64,000 bases of DNA from a virus (Duplodnaviria; Caudoviricetes). The position numbers and the translations under genes are program-made. The stretch spans positions 1-64,000 of the IMG/VR virus record IMGVR_UViG_3300021387_001157; one strand, written 5' to 3'. The notes beneath the pieces were generated by a model that was given only the letters and a program-made list of their open reading frames with translations, did no database searches and was not told the origin of the DNA. Below, in pieces: positions 50,080 through 61,000 of this stretch. Position 1 is the stretch's first letter, and every line of letters begins with the position of its first letter.

Positions 50080-51002
50080 ACTATTTTCTCATTTATTATG
50101 TCGTAAGTTTTACCTAAATATTCGACAGTCCCGTCACCATTGTCAACAATTCCCATCTTCTTTATTTTCTCAATAAGAGTGAGTAACATAAGTCCAACCG
50201 ACTTTATACGTGGTTCGTTCTCACGATAAAGAGCTGGACCTAGAACAGGAAGAAAGTCGGAGATTTCACCCTTGGTGTACAATTCGACACCATCTATCAA
50301 AGCCAATGTCTGTCCTGTCTGGAAGGATATGACTTTCAAAATGTCTTTTCCACTCATGTTCTTGTTCAACGAATCGAAATCTATTTCTTCAAGTTTGATG
50401 TTCCATAAAGTATCAAGTCTTTCTTTCCAACCACCACGTAGGGCAGACTTTATCATGGAACGATATTGTGACCTAGACATATGTGAAAGGATTATCCTAA
50501 CGGCACGGATAACCTTCATACAGACATCTCTCTCTACAGGTCCGGAAATCGGATTACCCTTGTTCTCCTTATGGAGTGGTACGGTTCTGTACATCGAGTT
50601 ATTCAACTCGTCTGGAACACCCTTGTAGCACCACACAACATGTCCGTCCTTTATTACAGCGAGGTTTGGATTTCCATCCAATATTTCACAAAGTCTCTTG
50701 CAGATGTGTGATTCCATCGGTTCGTCAACGACATAAACGATGTCTTTATCTACACTGTCCGGACTTCCATGCACATAAGACTTGACAGTGTTTCTCCATC
50801 TATTGCAGTTTTCCTTATTGTCATATATGTATTCAACCTCTCCACTTCTGTTTTTTCCAGTCTTTTCGATTTCAAACATATATTGCAGATGATTGATATA
50901 ATGAATACACTTGTCACAATATGGACAAAAACAACTCAAATAAAACCCATCATTGTCTAAAATAAAGTAATCACCGGTACACATTATCTTTGATTGCTCC
51001 AT
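50076..51002 (-). CDS. Nucleotidyltransferase-like protein with N-terminal Cys-rich extension
   Basis: HGSPDSVDKDIVYV (GS..DxD); N-terminal CPYCDKC. Confidence 0.55.
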   Translation of the reverse strand: MEQSKIMCTGDYFILDNDGFYLSCFCPYCDKCIHYINHLQYMFEIEKTGKNRSGEVEYIYDNKENCNRWRNTVKSYVHGSPDSVDKDIVYVVDEPMESHICKRLCEILDGNPNLAVIKDGHVVWCYKGVPDELNNSMYRTVPLHKENKGNPISGPVERDVCMKVIRAVRIILSHMSRSQYRSMIKSALRGGWKERLDTLWNIKLEEIDFDSLNKNMSGKDILKVISFQTGQTLALIDGVELYTKGEISDFLPVLGPALYRENEPRIKSVGLMLLTLIEKIKKMGIVDNGDGTVEYLGKTYDIINEKIV

Positions 51003-51429
51003 AACTCTACTCTAAATTTGACAACTCTTTTTCAAATAATTCTCTTACTTTTTTTTGATGATACTTATCATAACAATATATATTGTCACCATGTAAAGAT
51101 ATTGATTTATCATACCAATAATACATTTTATATCGAATACCATCTATTGTTATCTCATATAAGATAGTACCATCGCTAGACTTATGACAAAATATTTTCT
51201 TATCAAAATTTTTAATTACTTTTTTCCAAAAAGTCCATTCTTTATGATAAAGTAAATAACATTCTAATTTGTTATCTAATAATAACATTAACATTATTAT
51301 TAAATATATTACTAAAATTATTACTAAAATATTCATGATAATTAATTTTTTTAATATAATTAAATTATACCATTTACATTTATATCAATGTAATCACCGG
51401 TACACATTTTCTTTGATTGTTCCATAACT
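50967..51429. repeat. 40-bp direct repeats (50967-51006 and 51390-51429, 2 mismatches)
   Basis: gtaatcaccggtacacatt(a/t)tctttgattg(c/t)tccataact occurs twice. Confidence 0.9.
51007..51336 (-). CDS. AT-rich membrane-anchored protein (inserted cassette)
   Basis: N-terminal TM; much more AT-rich than neighbours; flanked by 40-bp direct repeats. Confidence 0.6.
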   Translation of the reverse strand: MNILVIILVIYLIIMLMLLLDNKLECYLLYHKEWTFWKKVIKNFDKKIFCHKSSDGTILYEITIDGIRYKMYYWYDKSISLHGDNIYCYDKYHQKKVRELFEKELSNLE

Positions 51430-51661
51430 ATACGTTTTTAAAATAATCTTCATAATTTTCACCATCCCAAGATTCCACATAATCAATTTTGTCTTGTGGG
51501 GTATTGTTTGGAATATAGTAATCCCATATTCTACACAAGTTGCACATGTCCCCCTTTTCAACGGGGACAAGGGTTCCACGTCTAGAACACTCGTAACACT
51601 CACAAAGATAATTTGCATCTGCATCGTGGTGATTGAAATATATACAATCTTCTCTTACCAT
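51428..51661 (-). CDS. Small Cys-rich hypothetical protein
   Basis: 77-aa ORF. Confidence 0.5.
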   Translation of the reverse strand: MVREDCIYFNHHDADANYLCECYECSRRGTLVPVEKGDMCNLCRIWDYYIPNNTPQDKIDYVESWDGENYEDYFKNV

Positions 51662-51663
51662 AC

Positions 51664-52257
51664 TTACTTTATCTTTTCGGAAAGCTCTATGTATTTCTTG
51701 ATGACATCACGTCTCTCATACACACAGTTTGGAACCCATTTATTCAACTCATCGTCACCATTCAAAATCATCTGACGGACTTTGGTGGCGGAAATTCCCG
51801 AACACGTTGCACCACGTGCAAGAAGTTTCAGACTAACGAAATCCCTCATAATGAAAGTAGGGAACCAAGTCGTGATAATTTCAAATCCGTCCGAATAGTA
51901 GATGGTGAAATACGGTGTTTCGGCATCTTTGAGGATTTTCGTAAAAAGATAGAACCCCCAATCGTGGGAATTGTCACTTTCGTCTGTGAGGTCATCGAGT
52001 GGAACGATATGAACATCCGCCGGAATGACACCCGTAGCATACCTCTTTGCAAGTTCCTTCAAAGCCTCCTCTGCAAGTTGTTTCCTCAAATTAATGGGAA
52101 TGGGATTTCTCTGGTTGAATTTGTCTGCACTTCCGATGAAGATGAAAACCTGGTCGTTTTCATCACAAGCCTGCTCGATGAGTTCAAGGTGTCCGTTGTG
52201 GATTGGTTGTAGTCTAGCAAGCACGACCCCTGTTTTTATACTTTCCATTTTTTTCAA
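51664..52257 (-). CDS. NadM-like NMN/NaMN adenylyltransferase (cytidylyltransferase family)
   Basis: ARLQPIHNGH (HxGH), IGSAD..NQRNP, ISATKVRQ. Confidence 0.8.
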   Translation of the reverse strand: MKKMESIKTGVVLARLQPIHNGHLELIEQACDENDQVFIFIGSADKFNQRNPIPINLRKQLAEEALKELAKRYATGVIPADVHIVPLDDLTDESDNSHDWGFYLFTKILKDAETPYFTIYYSDGFEIITTWFPTFIMRDFVSLKLLARGATCSGISATKVRQMILNGDDELNKWVPNCVYERRDVIKKYIELSEKIK

Positions 52258-52482
52258 ATTTTAATTTATACAGTTCGTTATATGCTTCCATTAGTTTGTA
52301 ATAAACGTCTCTCTCGTCTACCATGATACTGTTGCAGTACTTCGAACACCAGTACTGAATCCTGTCTTTCACCTCCTGTTCAGTCAATGGTCTCTCGTCA
52401 AGACCACCCACGTGGAACACTTCGGTGTAATGCTTACTCTCTCTCTCCTTATTCTGAAAATGTTCCCTACCGCTTCAATCAT
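52214..52482 (-). pseudogene. Small gene frameshifted at a (GA)5G tract
   Basis: ATG 52482 is coupled to the upstream stop; removing one GA at 52437-52447 joins it to the 52214-52420 ORF. Confidence 0.5.
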
Positions 52483-53005
52483 TCTCACCCCCCTCTCCGA
52501 ACATTCCGTTCTTCTTATAGTACTCACGCTTCAATAAGCAAACAACATGTACGTTTGGCAACTGACACGGATTCTTCGGATTGGTGTCTTTCACCTTGTA
52601 CTCCTCCGGATACATGTCGAGTAGATACCTCACAACACCCTGGCTCCTCGATATTCCCGCCGAACAATGAACCATCACGTTCTTTCCCACATTCGACTCG
52701 AGAAACTCGAAAAGACGTTTGGCATCCTCGTCGCTCATCCCGTGCACGTCACTGTATTCCTCCATCTTCTCAGGAGTCCATTCCTCGTTTGGAAGGGCAT
52801 CCCACATCCGATAACCGGCGATGTCGTCGAAGTTCAGGTTTATCACCTGCTCACACTCCTTCAACACATGTGGTTCCTTACGACAAGGTTCGTACTCACC
52901 AATCGAGATGAAAACCCAGTCTTCCGGAAGATGCCCGTCAGACCACTCGTTGTTCAGCAACTCACGTCTGAACCCCTCCCAACTGTAGCACATAAGTTTA
53001 GCCAT
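52475..53005 (-). CDS. Cys-based (dual-specificity/tyrosine) phosphatase-like protein
   Basis: VHCSAGISRS (HCxxGxxR); LNFDD. Confidence 0.85.
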   Translation of the reverse strand: MAKLMCYSWEGFRRELLNNEWSDGHLPEDWVFISIGEYEPCRKEPHVLKECEQVINLNFDDIAGYRMWDALPNEEWTPEKMEEYSDVHGMSDEDAKRLFEFLESNVGKNVMVHCSAGISRSQGVVRYLLDMYPEEYKVKDTNPKNPCQLPNVHVVCLLKREYYKKNGMFGEGGEND

Positions 53006-53171
53006 ATATATTATTCTTCTTTATTTTTCTCAGCCTCAATAAATTCGTTCAACACCGAATTTTCATATCCCTTTTCAATCTCGTTCCTAATCTCAGTCTC
53101 CTTCATTTCCGGACTCACGTAAATAAATTCTACCATAACTATATTATAAAGATACTATTTTTTATAAAAAA

Positions 53172-53690
53172 ATGAAAAACAAAAAAACCCCGTCCGAAAA
53201 CTGGATACGAGAATTTAATAAAGCAGCAGAATCGACAGCAGACTCATTGAATACAATCCTGTCCCAAATCGGATTGCACGTGGTAGAAGTCCCACACGAC
53301 TTCTCAAACACCGATTCTAAAAAATACGGAATATTCCTACGGCACGGAAAATCATTCAACGAAAACACCATAGAAATCTCACTCAACCCAACACTCGTTT
53401 TCGAAAAACTTTCTGAACTCGGAAAGACCTCTCTCCGTGATGCCAGACATCAGGCGTCTATCCTCACCGTCCACGAGACTGCCCACGGAATTATAGACCA
53501 TATAAGGAAACACTATATGGATTCTGGACTCACATACACGTCAATCGTATCTAAAATCAAGAATAACTCACAGGAAGAGGAAAGAACTGCAAGAGACTTC
53601 TCACTGAACTTCGTCGACCCCTCCTACAAGTCTCTCCTGAGACTTTCCCTTGCAGAACTCCTTGAACTCACGGTACGTGGTGAAACTTAA
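53172..53690 (+). CDS. Putative HExxH metalloprotein
   Basis: TVHETAHGIIDH..EEERTA. Confidence 0.5.
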   Translation: MKNKKTPSENWIREFNKAAESTADSLNTILSQIGLHVVEVPHDFSNTDSKKYGIFLRHGKSFNENTIEISLNPTLVFEKLSELGKTSLRDARHQASILTVHETAHGIIDHIRKHYMDSGLTYTSIVSKIKNNSQEEERTARDFSLNFVDPSYKSLLRLSLAELLELTVRGET

Positions 53691-56337
53691 ATCCTCGAAC
53701 CCGTCTTCACCGAGATTCCCCCCGTGAAGCATCTCAACGTATTCGTCATCCCCTATCTCAACCCTCGACGACTCGAAACTCTTGTCAATGCCGGTCAGTG
53801 AATCAACACCGACCCTAATCCTACGATAGACACCGGAATAGTCGACAAACTCAACGAAAACATCTGGCATCTGAGTCACGTCCTGAACGAAACCCTCGAA
53901 TACATTCCCTTGGAAAGGAACTTCAACACGGTCCCCGACATTCACGTCATACTCTATGATAAACTTTGCCATCACTCCTCCTTCTTTAAGATTTTCTCAA
54001 GAACCACAGAAACCACATAGAATGCCGACACCGTGGCAGCCGACACTCCGAACAGTTTTATTAAAAAATCCTTCATATTACTATTTACTGTACTTTATGC
54101 TCTTCTACAAATTTCCACCCTATGTTCTCATAGATAATTCCCCCCATTAAGGGTGTACAATCAAACGGAACGACATCCTTGTATCCTTCAGACCTCATCC
54201 TATCAGCCTCCTTCTTCACCTCTTCCACATCATCGTACTGTCCGACAATCCACGGAAGACCTTCTAAGTTCACTTCACTCACATCAGCAAGACTACACGG
54301 AATACCGTCGAAATCGTGTCCATTACGGTCTCTATATGCTATACTATAACTTTTCTTAATTCTTTCCATGTGTTATACTTCTTTTACTTATTATTCATCA
54401 TTCCATACCTCTCCCTTATGAAAGACTCGACCAATCCAACGACAAAACACTTCATATCTACCAACGAATAAATCCTATCCAAAGACTCCATCCTCTGTAT
54501 CCGGTACTTCTTCGTCCCGTCCCACCACTCGGCACGGAACACCAGAGAACTATCGTCTGGCATGAAACTATTCATTATGAAAAACTCCACAAACCTCATG
54601 CTCGGAAACTCCTCATACTTACACAGGATTGCCGGATAGTCAAGACTGTGGTTTTTCTCGAAAACCACCTCAACCATCCTAGTGGTCAAACCACTTATCC
54701 CAAGTCCGTCCAACTTCCCCTTTAAATCAACAAGTACAGTCAATCCTCTATCCATAATCTATACCAATTTATTTCTTCAACTATATGGAATATTCAATCA
54801 ACGTGGTTACAAAGTCAAAGTCAAAGTCATACTCCTCTCTCTCGACAGCAACCATCTCTTCGAATGCCTTCTCTACAAAATCATAACGATAGGAAAAAAT
54901 CCTATAATATCTGTCCAACAGGAGATAATTGAAACCATATATGTCTATGTAAATCCACGCCCTCTCAACCCCAACGACACGAAACTCGTCACCTGTCTCC
55001 TTATACACTATCACATCACCTTTCGAAAATTTCAAATCGTCCTTATCCATTTCCCCTCCTTTTTATATCCAATATTTTTTCAAATTCTTCTTTATCTCCT
55101 ACGAAGTCTGACCCTCTCATCCTACATCTTCTCCTCCATAATCTTATCTTTCTTTCTCTTGAACCTTTCAAGCTCATAGGGCATCAAATACTCACACCCC
55201 TCCACCACATTTCTCCCAATCTCCAACACCCTCTGAATAGTATCCCTCCTTATGTACACAGATTCGGAATTGGACAACTTTTCAAGAAAAAAATATATTG
55301 TGCTCTTCTCAAACTTTCTACTGAAAGGATAATCACCCTCTTTCTCCTTTAATAGACTCAGAATATCCCTGAACAACTCATTACCACACGAACTATGCTC
55401 ATTCGGATAAAACCTTATAAAGTACTCATTATCTTTCCTCAAGTCAGAAAGCATACCGTCAATGACCGACAGACTACCCTTCCTTAAAGAATCACCAATC
55501 TCAAGGTCTTCACCGGTCAATTCATACTCATCTCTTATCTTCATACCTACTCATTCTAATGTCGTCAACTATTATGACAACGACCAATACCAAAACCGGA
55601 GTGAACACCAAAGAAAGAACAAATACTATATATCGGTTAAAACCGGCCAAGTACTCTGCCATCTTACCTATTGAGTACGAAAGCCATACATAACCACATA
55701 TCACAAAAATGAAAACAACTAATGTTACAGTATCCATATTATTTCTGTTTTTTATCGTTCAACTTCCTTATAATACCCAATCTCTGCTTCATCAACTTCA
55801 TCCAACCTTCAGTGTGAATCCTACCTATCCTCTCAATATTCTCTATCTCCCTCAACCTACTCCATAATATTTCACGTAACTCATCCTCACACTCATCGTT
55901 TGTCATATACCTCCCAGTCTTCCAATCGTATCTCGCCATATACTCTTTAATCTGAAAACTACATAATCAAACCACGTCTTGAACACAACCAACTTCACAC
56001 TCACCACGTCACCATCTTTTCCTATACAGTACTCACTCCCCTTCGGAATGATACATGTACGTAAATTTGTTACTTCCCCAAAAATCACATCTTCTTCCTT
56101 TAACATACTGTGAAACCCCTCGTGAATACCCCCTCTACAATCAATATACAAATGCTCTATGGGATTTCTCCCATCCATCGCCGTATTGACTTTGTTGTAA
56201 TCAAAAGGTGTAAAAAAATAAGGGGAACGCCAACACGTTTTTTCATCATCATATACCCTATCAAGCACACTTTTGTATACTTTGATGTCTTTCTTTGCTA
56301 TCTCTATCTTTCCGTTTTCGGGAACAAATAAACACAT
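53601..56337 (-). other. Run of small hypothetical genes (53601-53975, 54085-54369, 54384-54755, 54781-55050, 55122-55544, 55528-55737, 55739-55939, 55903-56337)
   Basis: Tightly packed co-oriented ORFs downstream of promoter motif at 56359-56375. Confidence 0.65.
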
Positions 56338-56741
56338 ATCTTTAATCTTTTTTTTTTATAAAGATACTATTTTTTATTTGAATTCTTCAATTATTATACA
56401 AATAAAAAACATTAATCAATAAGAAAGCAACACATAAAAAACAATTTTACCATAATTATATAAGATATAAGTTATTTTACATATAAAATATAACAAAGTT
56501 CAGACAATTTTATAAGATTCATGAAGATAATCTATTTAAATTTTTGGACATCCACTTTTTTAGAACCTTGAATTTTTGAAACTTAAAATAAACATATTGA
56601 TTTTCAACAAGTTAAAAATTAATAAATGTAATTCGCTGAAAATGAAGCAAACTCGAAACTGAGCCTTTTAAGTAAAGTCCTCAATATGCCCAATATTCGA
56701 AAAAACACGATTTTCCCCAAAAAGGACCTTTTTGGATATAC

Positions 56742-56817
56742 CCAAAAATACCCCTTTTTTAGGGGGTCCAAAATACCCCTTTTTAGGGGGGTCCAAAATA
56801 CCCCTTTTTAGGGGGGT
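56742..56817. repeat. Three ~25-bp tandem repeats CCAAAATACCCCTTTTTAGGGGGGT
   Basis: Read directly; each unit is self-complementary (ACCCC/GGGGT). Confidence 0.9.
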
Positions 56818-57317
56818 CGAAAAAAGGGCCTATTTTGGGATTTCGAAAAATATGGTGTTTTTTTGAAATACCCATTTTTCTATATTTTGAGAAAATGCAC
56901 TTTTTGTCATTTTTTAGATTTATATGATTTTTATCATATTTACAAAATTCGTGTTTTTTTTTTGGTTTTTTCATTTTTTCTTATTTCTGAGTATTTTGTA
57001 AAAACGACATATTTTACAAAATACCTAGTTTTTGTAAAATATTGATTTTTTATATTTTATATAAAACCCCCATATTTCGAAAATCTACGTTGTTTCTTTC
57101 AATATATTAATAATGAATATTTGGTGTTTTGTGTATATATCTGATATATACAGATATTCATTACAAATGGATTTCCACAATTATACCATACTATCTCCCT
57201 ATAATCATCAGTGCCTCAATTGGATACCTTCGGATGTTCAGCTTGAGTGGTGTGGTGATGTCCATCTACATCCAGTTGGAACATCAACCGGTTGTACCAT
57301 GCTTCCTGGAAAGCTTC

Positions 57318-57419
57318 CTCCCAGGAACTGTCCATCTCCCAGGAACTGTCCATCTCCCAGGAACCATCCATCTCCCAGGAACCATCCATCTCCCAGGAAC
57401 TGTCCATCTCCCAGGAAAG
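57318..57419. repeat. 18-bp tandem repeat CTCCCAGGAAC(TG/CA)TCCAT, five full copies plus one partial
   Basis: Read directly; no spacers. Confidence 0.95.
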
Positions 57420-57524
57420 TTTTCTATCTGGACTTGAACATAGATGACCAACCATATCGGTGAACTTCACTACCAACCACGATAGTGATAGGTTTAAAAA
57501 GTGAAAGGTTATTCGAAAATGAAA

Positions 57525-57551
57525 TCGACTCATCTTAGTGGGATGAGTCGA
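57525..57551 (-). terminator. Hairpin after coaD
   Basis: TCGACTCATC-TTAGTGG-GATGAGTCGA. Confidence 0.65.
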
Positions 57552-57571
57552 AAAAAGAAAGTTAAAGAAAA

Positions 57572-58072
57572 TTATTTTTTATAGAATTTTGAGATTGGTA
57601 TTTCAAGTGGTTGATGGACGAGACCTTTGATGTCCTTTTCATTCTGCACCATCGTCCGTATAAGAGACGAGGAGATTCCACTGAGTTGCGACGGAGTTGG
57701 GATGAATATGGTACGGATAGTTGGGTCTATGATTCTGTTTGATTCTGATAGGATAAGTTCATTTTCGAAATCCAATGTGTTTCGGATACCTCTGAACATA
57801 ATAGTAATTTCGTTCTGTTGACAAAAGTCGACAAGGAGGCCTTCGATATAAGTTACTTTTATATTTGGTGAGATATGTTTGACAGACTCTAAAATCCAAT
57901 TACTTCTTATGGCGACATCGAGTTGTGTCGGGGGTGTCTTCTCGGGATTGACGGCAATGACGATTAAAAGTTCATCGACAAGCTTTGAGGCGACGTTGGC
58001 TACATACTCATGACCGATGTGGAATGGATTGAATGAACCGGCGAAGATACCACGAGTCATACTATTGTTCAT
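57572..58072 (-). CDS. coaD: Phosphopantetheine adenylyltransferase
   Basis: GSFNPFHIGH, AVNPEK, GLLVDF, RGIRNTLDFENE, ISSSLIR. Confidence 0.9.
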   Translation of the reverse strand: MNNSMTRGIFAGSFNPFHIGHEYVANVASKLVDELLIVIAVNPEKTPPTQLDVAIRSNWILESVKHISPNIKVTYIEGLLVDFCQQNEITIMFRGIRNTLDFENELILSESNRIIDPTIRTIFIPTPSQLSGISSSLIRTMVQNEKDIKGLVHQPLEIPISKFYKK

Positions 58073-61000
58073 TTTTCCAAGTATCCTTACCGATGAGTTT
58101 TATGATGCTATATACACAATCATCATTATGGTTCTCATATACTCTGATATTTTTTTCTTGTTCAGAAAAATTTCCTACAGTATATATTATTTCCATATTT
58201 TGATTGATTGTTATTTCGTTTATTCTAGCGTAGAATATTTTGGAGTAGTAGTCGGATATGGACACAATGTCTCCAATGTTATATTTTGTATTGATTTCCA
58301 TTGTTTGTTTTTTTAATTATAAGTTCTTTGAAACCAAAATATTTCAGTATTTTTGCATCATCTTCGGTAATCTTTGTGATGTTCGCCCTTTTGAAGGATT
58401 GACATAGTTTTTCTACGTATCCGTCTGGGAAATTGGACAACACGAAGATGTTTCCATTTTTCTTTTCAATCATGTATGTATTTAAAGTGTCAGTATATTT
58501 CGGTTCATAATGTAGTGATTGTGTTTGAAAAATCTTCCTCACCTTGAAGATTATCACCATCAATTCGACCCAATCTATTGGTGAAAATATCAGAATATCA
58601 GATAATACGCTACCCATAATATTATAGTTAAGTAATGGAATATAAGTACTGATGTTTATAAAAGTGTCTTTGTAAGGAAATAAGAATCTTATAATTCCAG
58701 TTCTTTTGTCATTCACAGGTCTGTCTAGAAGTTGTCTTTTTGACAGATGTCCATACAGTAAGATGATTATGATTGGGATTATGTATATGATGAAAAACTT
58801 TACAACCATAGTTTAGTTTAATTTTGATTAATCGAATTCATGATATGTGATGATAGTTATAGATAAGGTTTATAGTTTCTCAGAGTAGACCAATATACGA
58901 CTAGACTGGGGTATGTCTAGACAAGATGTGATTTGAGTCGTCTGAACATCCCATATCGAATTAGCGTCGATGCACATGACTACACCTATAATCATGATGA
59001 TTATTGAAATGACCATCATCACTATGTAAATTGTCATTTTATTTTAGTGTTTAAGAATTTCGAAACATATTCACTTATCGGTGTCCATTCACAGAACAAT
59101 TTTTTGAAAAACGAAAATATACCGAATATTATTATCACAATCAATGTTGAGATATTCACAACCGGTATATAGATTAAAATGTTTGCCTCTCTTTCTTCTT
59201 TACCGAATAGAGGGAACAGCAAGTCACCTATGGTTCTGATGTCTTTCCAATTTATAATAATTCCGATGGTAAGGCAGAGCAGCATTGGTGCGATGTAGAG
59301 CAGCAGTATGTAAAGTCCTATGTTCATATTTAAATTTCTTTTTGGTTCTCTTGTTTTCTGTCCACGCCGAAGTAGTCGTCGTATGAGGGGTCTTCCCACC
59401 AGTCAATATTGTTCATCAGTCTCTTTACGGATTCTTCCATCTCTTTGTATGATGCAAATGCTTCCTTGCTTCGAAGACAGAAGCAGTAGGTAGGATGCAC
59501 GTCAGTCCCATCAACTAGTATCTCCCACTTACCGTCACTGTAATTACGGTCGACACACCGGTACAGTTTTCCTAGTCTTTCGAAACTATGGCACTTGAAG
59601 AAAACCATATAACGTCCTTTCAAATGACCACAGCACGATTCGTATGTTTGGACATCACCAAGAGAGTTCAACTTGGTGCAGAGTGAGATGCACTCTTTGT
59701 CCATATCTTTCGGAGGGTAAAACGTTACCATATCAACTTCTGTATATTTCAGAGAATTTCACAGCTTCATCCAAATCAAGCTTGAGCTTACTTATATAGG
59801 AGTCATTGACGATTTCAAGCATCCAACAAGCACACTTGACCGGTTCATCATATGTCCAGTGACGGGCAGTGGCGTCACGGCAGTAGGTACAGGGATGTCC
59901 TGGTGAGCAGTGGTAGTCACCCTCCTCATTCTGATTACCACAGTCCATTGCATGGAGACGGTAGATTTGGTCAGTGGGGTGAATCTCCCACTTATCCACT
60001 TCATGTCCGTTTCTCACGAGGGCATTTGGTTGCAGTTTGTCGTACCACGAGAGACAACGGTTGTCATGTGGATTTCCTTCCTTGAAGGCATATTCGATAT
60101 AACGCCCCTTCTCATCTTCTCTCAGATATACGAATTTTTCGAGGTTATTGGTGGCGGTCGCCCAAGCTTTCAATAAGGTTATGTTTTCTTGTTTCATTTA
60201 TACACGTACTCTAATTTACCATATTCATCCTTGAAATCCTTTTCCAAGGAAGTGCCACGTTTTTTGATGAAATTATATATATTCGACAATAGTTCCTCTC
60301 GGGTGTATTTTCGGCGGACATCATATGGAATAACTCCGTCAAGTGAATATTCTTGTTCGTAAGAGAGAAAGAGATTTTCATCTGGGAGGAAGTACAATGT
60401 TTTGGCGTGCCATTGCAGTCCATCGTCTGGATGTTTCACCAACCAATCAAGAGCATCCTCATAGGAATCGAAGATATGGGATTCTCTGTGTTTCCGTATA
60501 ATTTCTGCACGTTCCTTTTCACGGATTTCATCTGCAATTCGTTGCATTTTATTCCGTAGGTCTTCGATAGGTTTTATGTTTGGACACAAGTCAGATATGG
60601 TTGGCATTTTCGAAAATTAGTCGTAGTTTGTATTAACTTTTTGAATGGAAAACTCCACTTTATCGTCAGTTGTTTCTCCGTCAATATATTTGATGGTAAT
60701 GATACGTCTCCCATCGATATCACGTCTGATGGTTCTCACCGAAATGGTCAGTTGTGTGAATTCTTCAATGGAATCCGATATAGCTTTCTTTATATTGTCG
60801 GACACTTCATCAGATATAAGTGATGCTCCAATATTTTTCAAGATTGCTGTATAGATGAAGTTGATAAGGATTCTCCTCATACTCTTGTATTTTTTCAGTT
60901 CACTCAATGAAATGACAACTGGTTTCGACAGAATTTCTTCTTCTTTTAGATTGATTTCCATAGTATTTGTTTTTTTAAATTTTATGCAGTGCTTTCTTTA

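Larger units (their letters stand above)
551..56496. promoter_or_regulatory. Second promoter-like motif TTGTTATATTT (minus 551, 13062, 18951, 39873, 56486; plus 34667)
   Basis: Identical 11-mer, usually just upstream of gene starts. Confidence 0.55.

Noticed and set aside
56762-56839. G-quadruplex
   Set aside because: G-runs are separated by long loops containing complementary C-runs, so hairpins are more plausible
57318-57419. CRISPR array
   Set aside because: Units are contiguous 18-mers with no unique spacers; no cas genes in the window
56783-57533. ORFs across the repeat-rich gap (56783-56974, 57113-57463, 57129-57437, 57216-57533)
   Set aside because: Open in several frames because of stop-free repeats; low-complexity products; more likely non-coding
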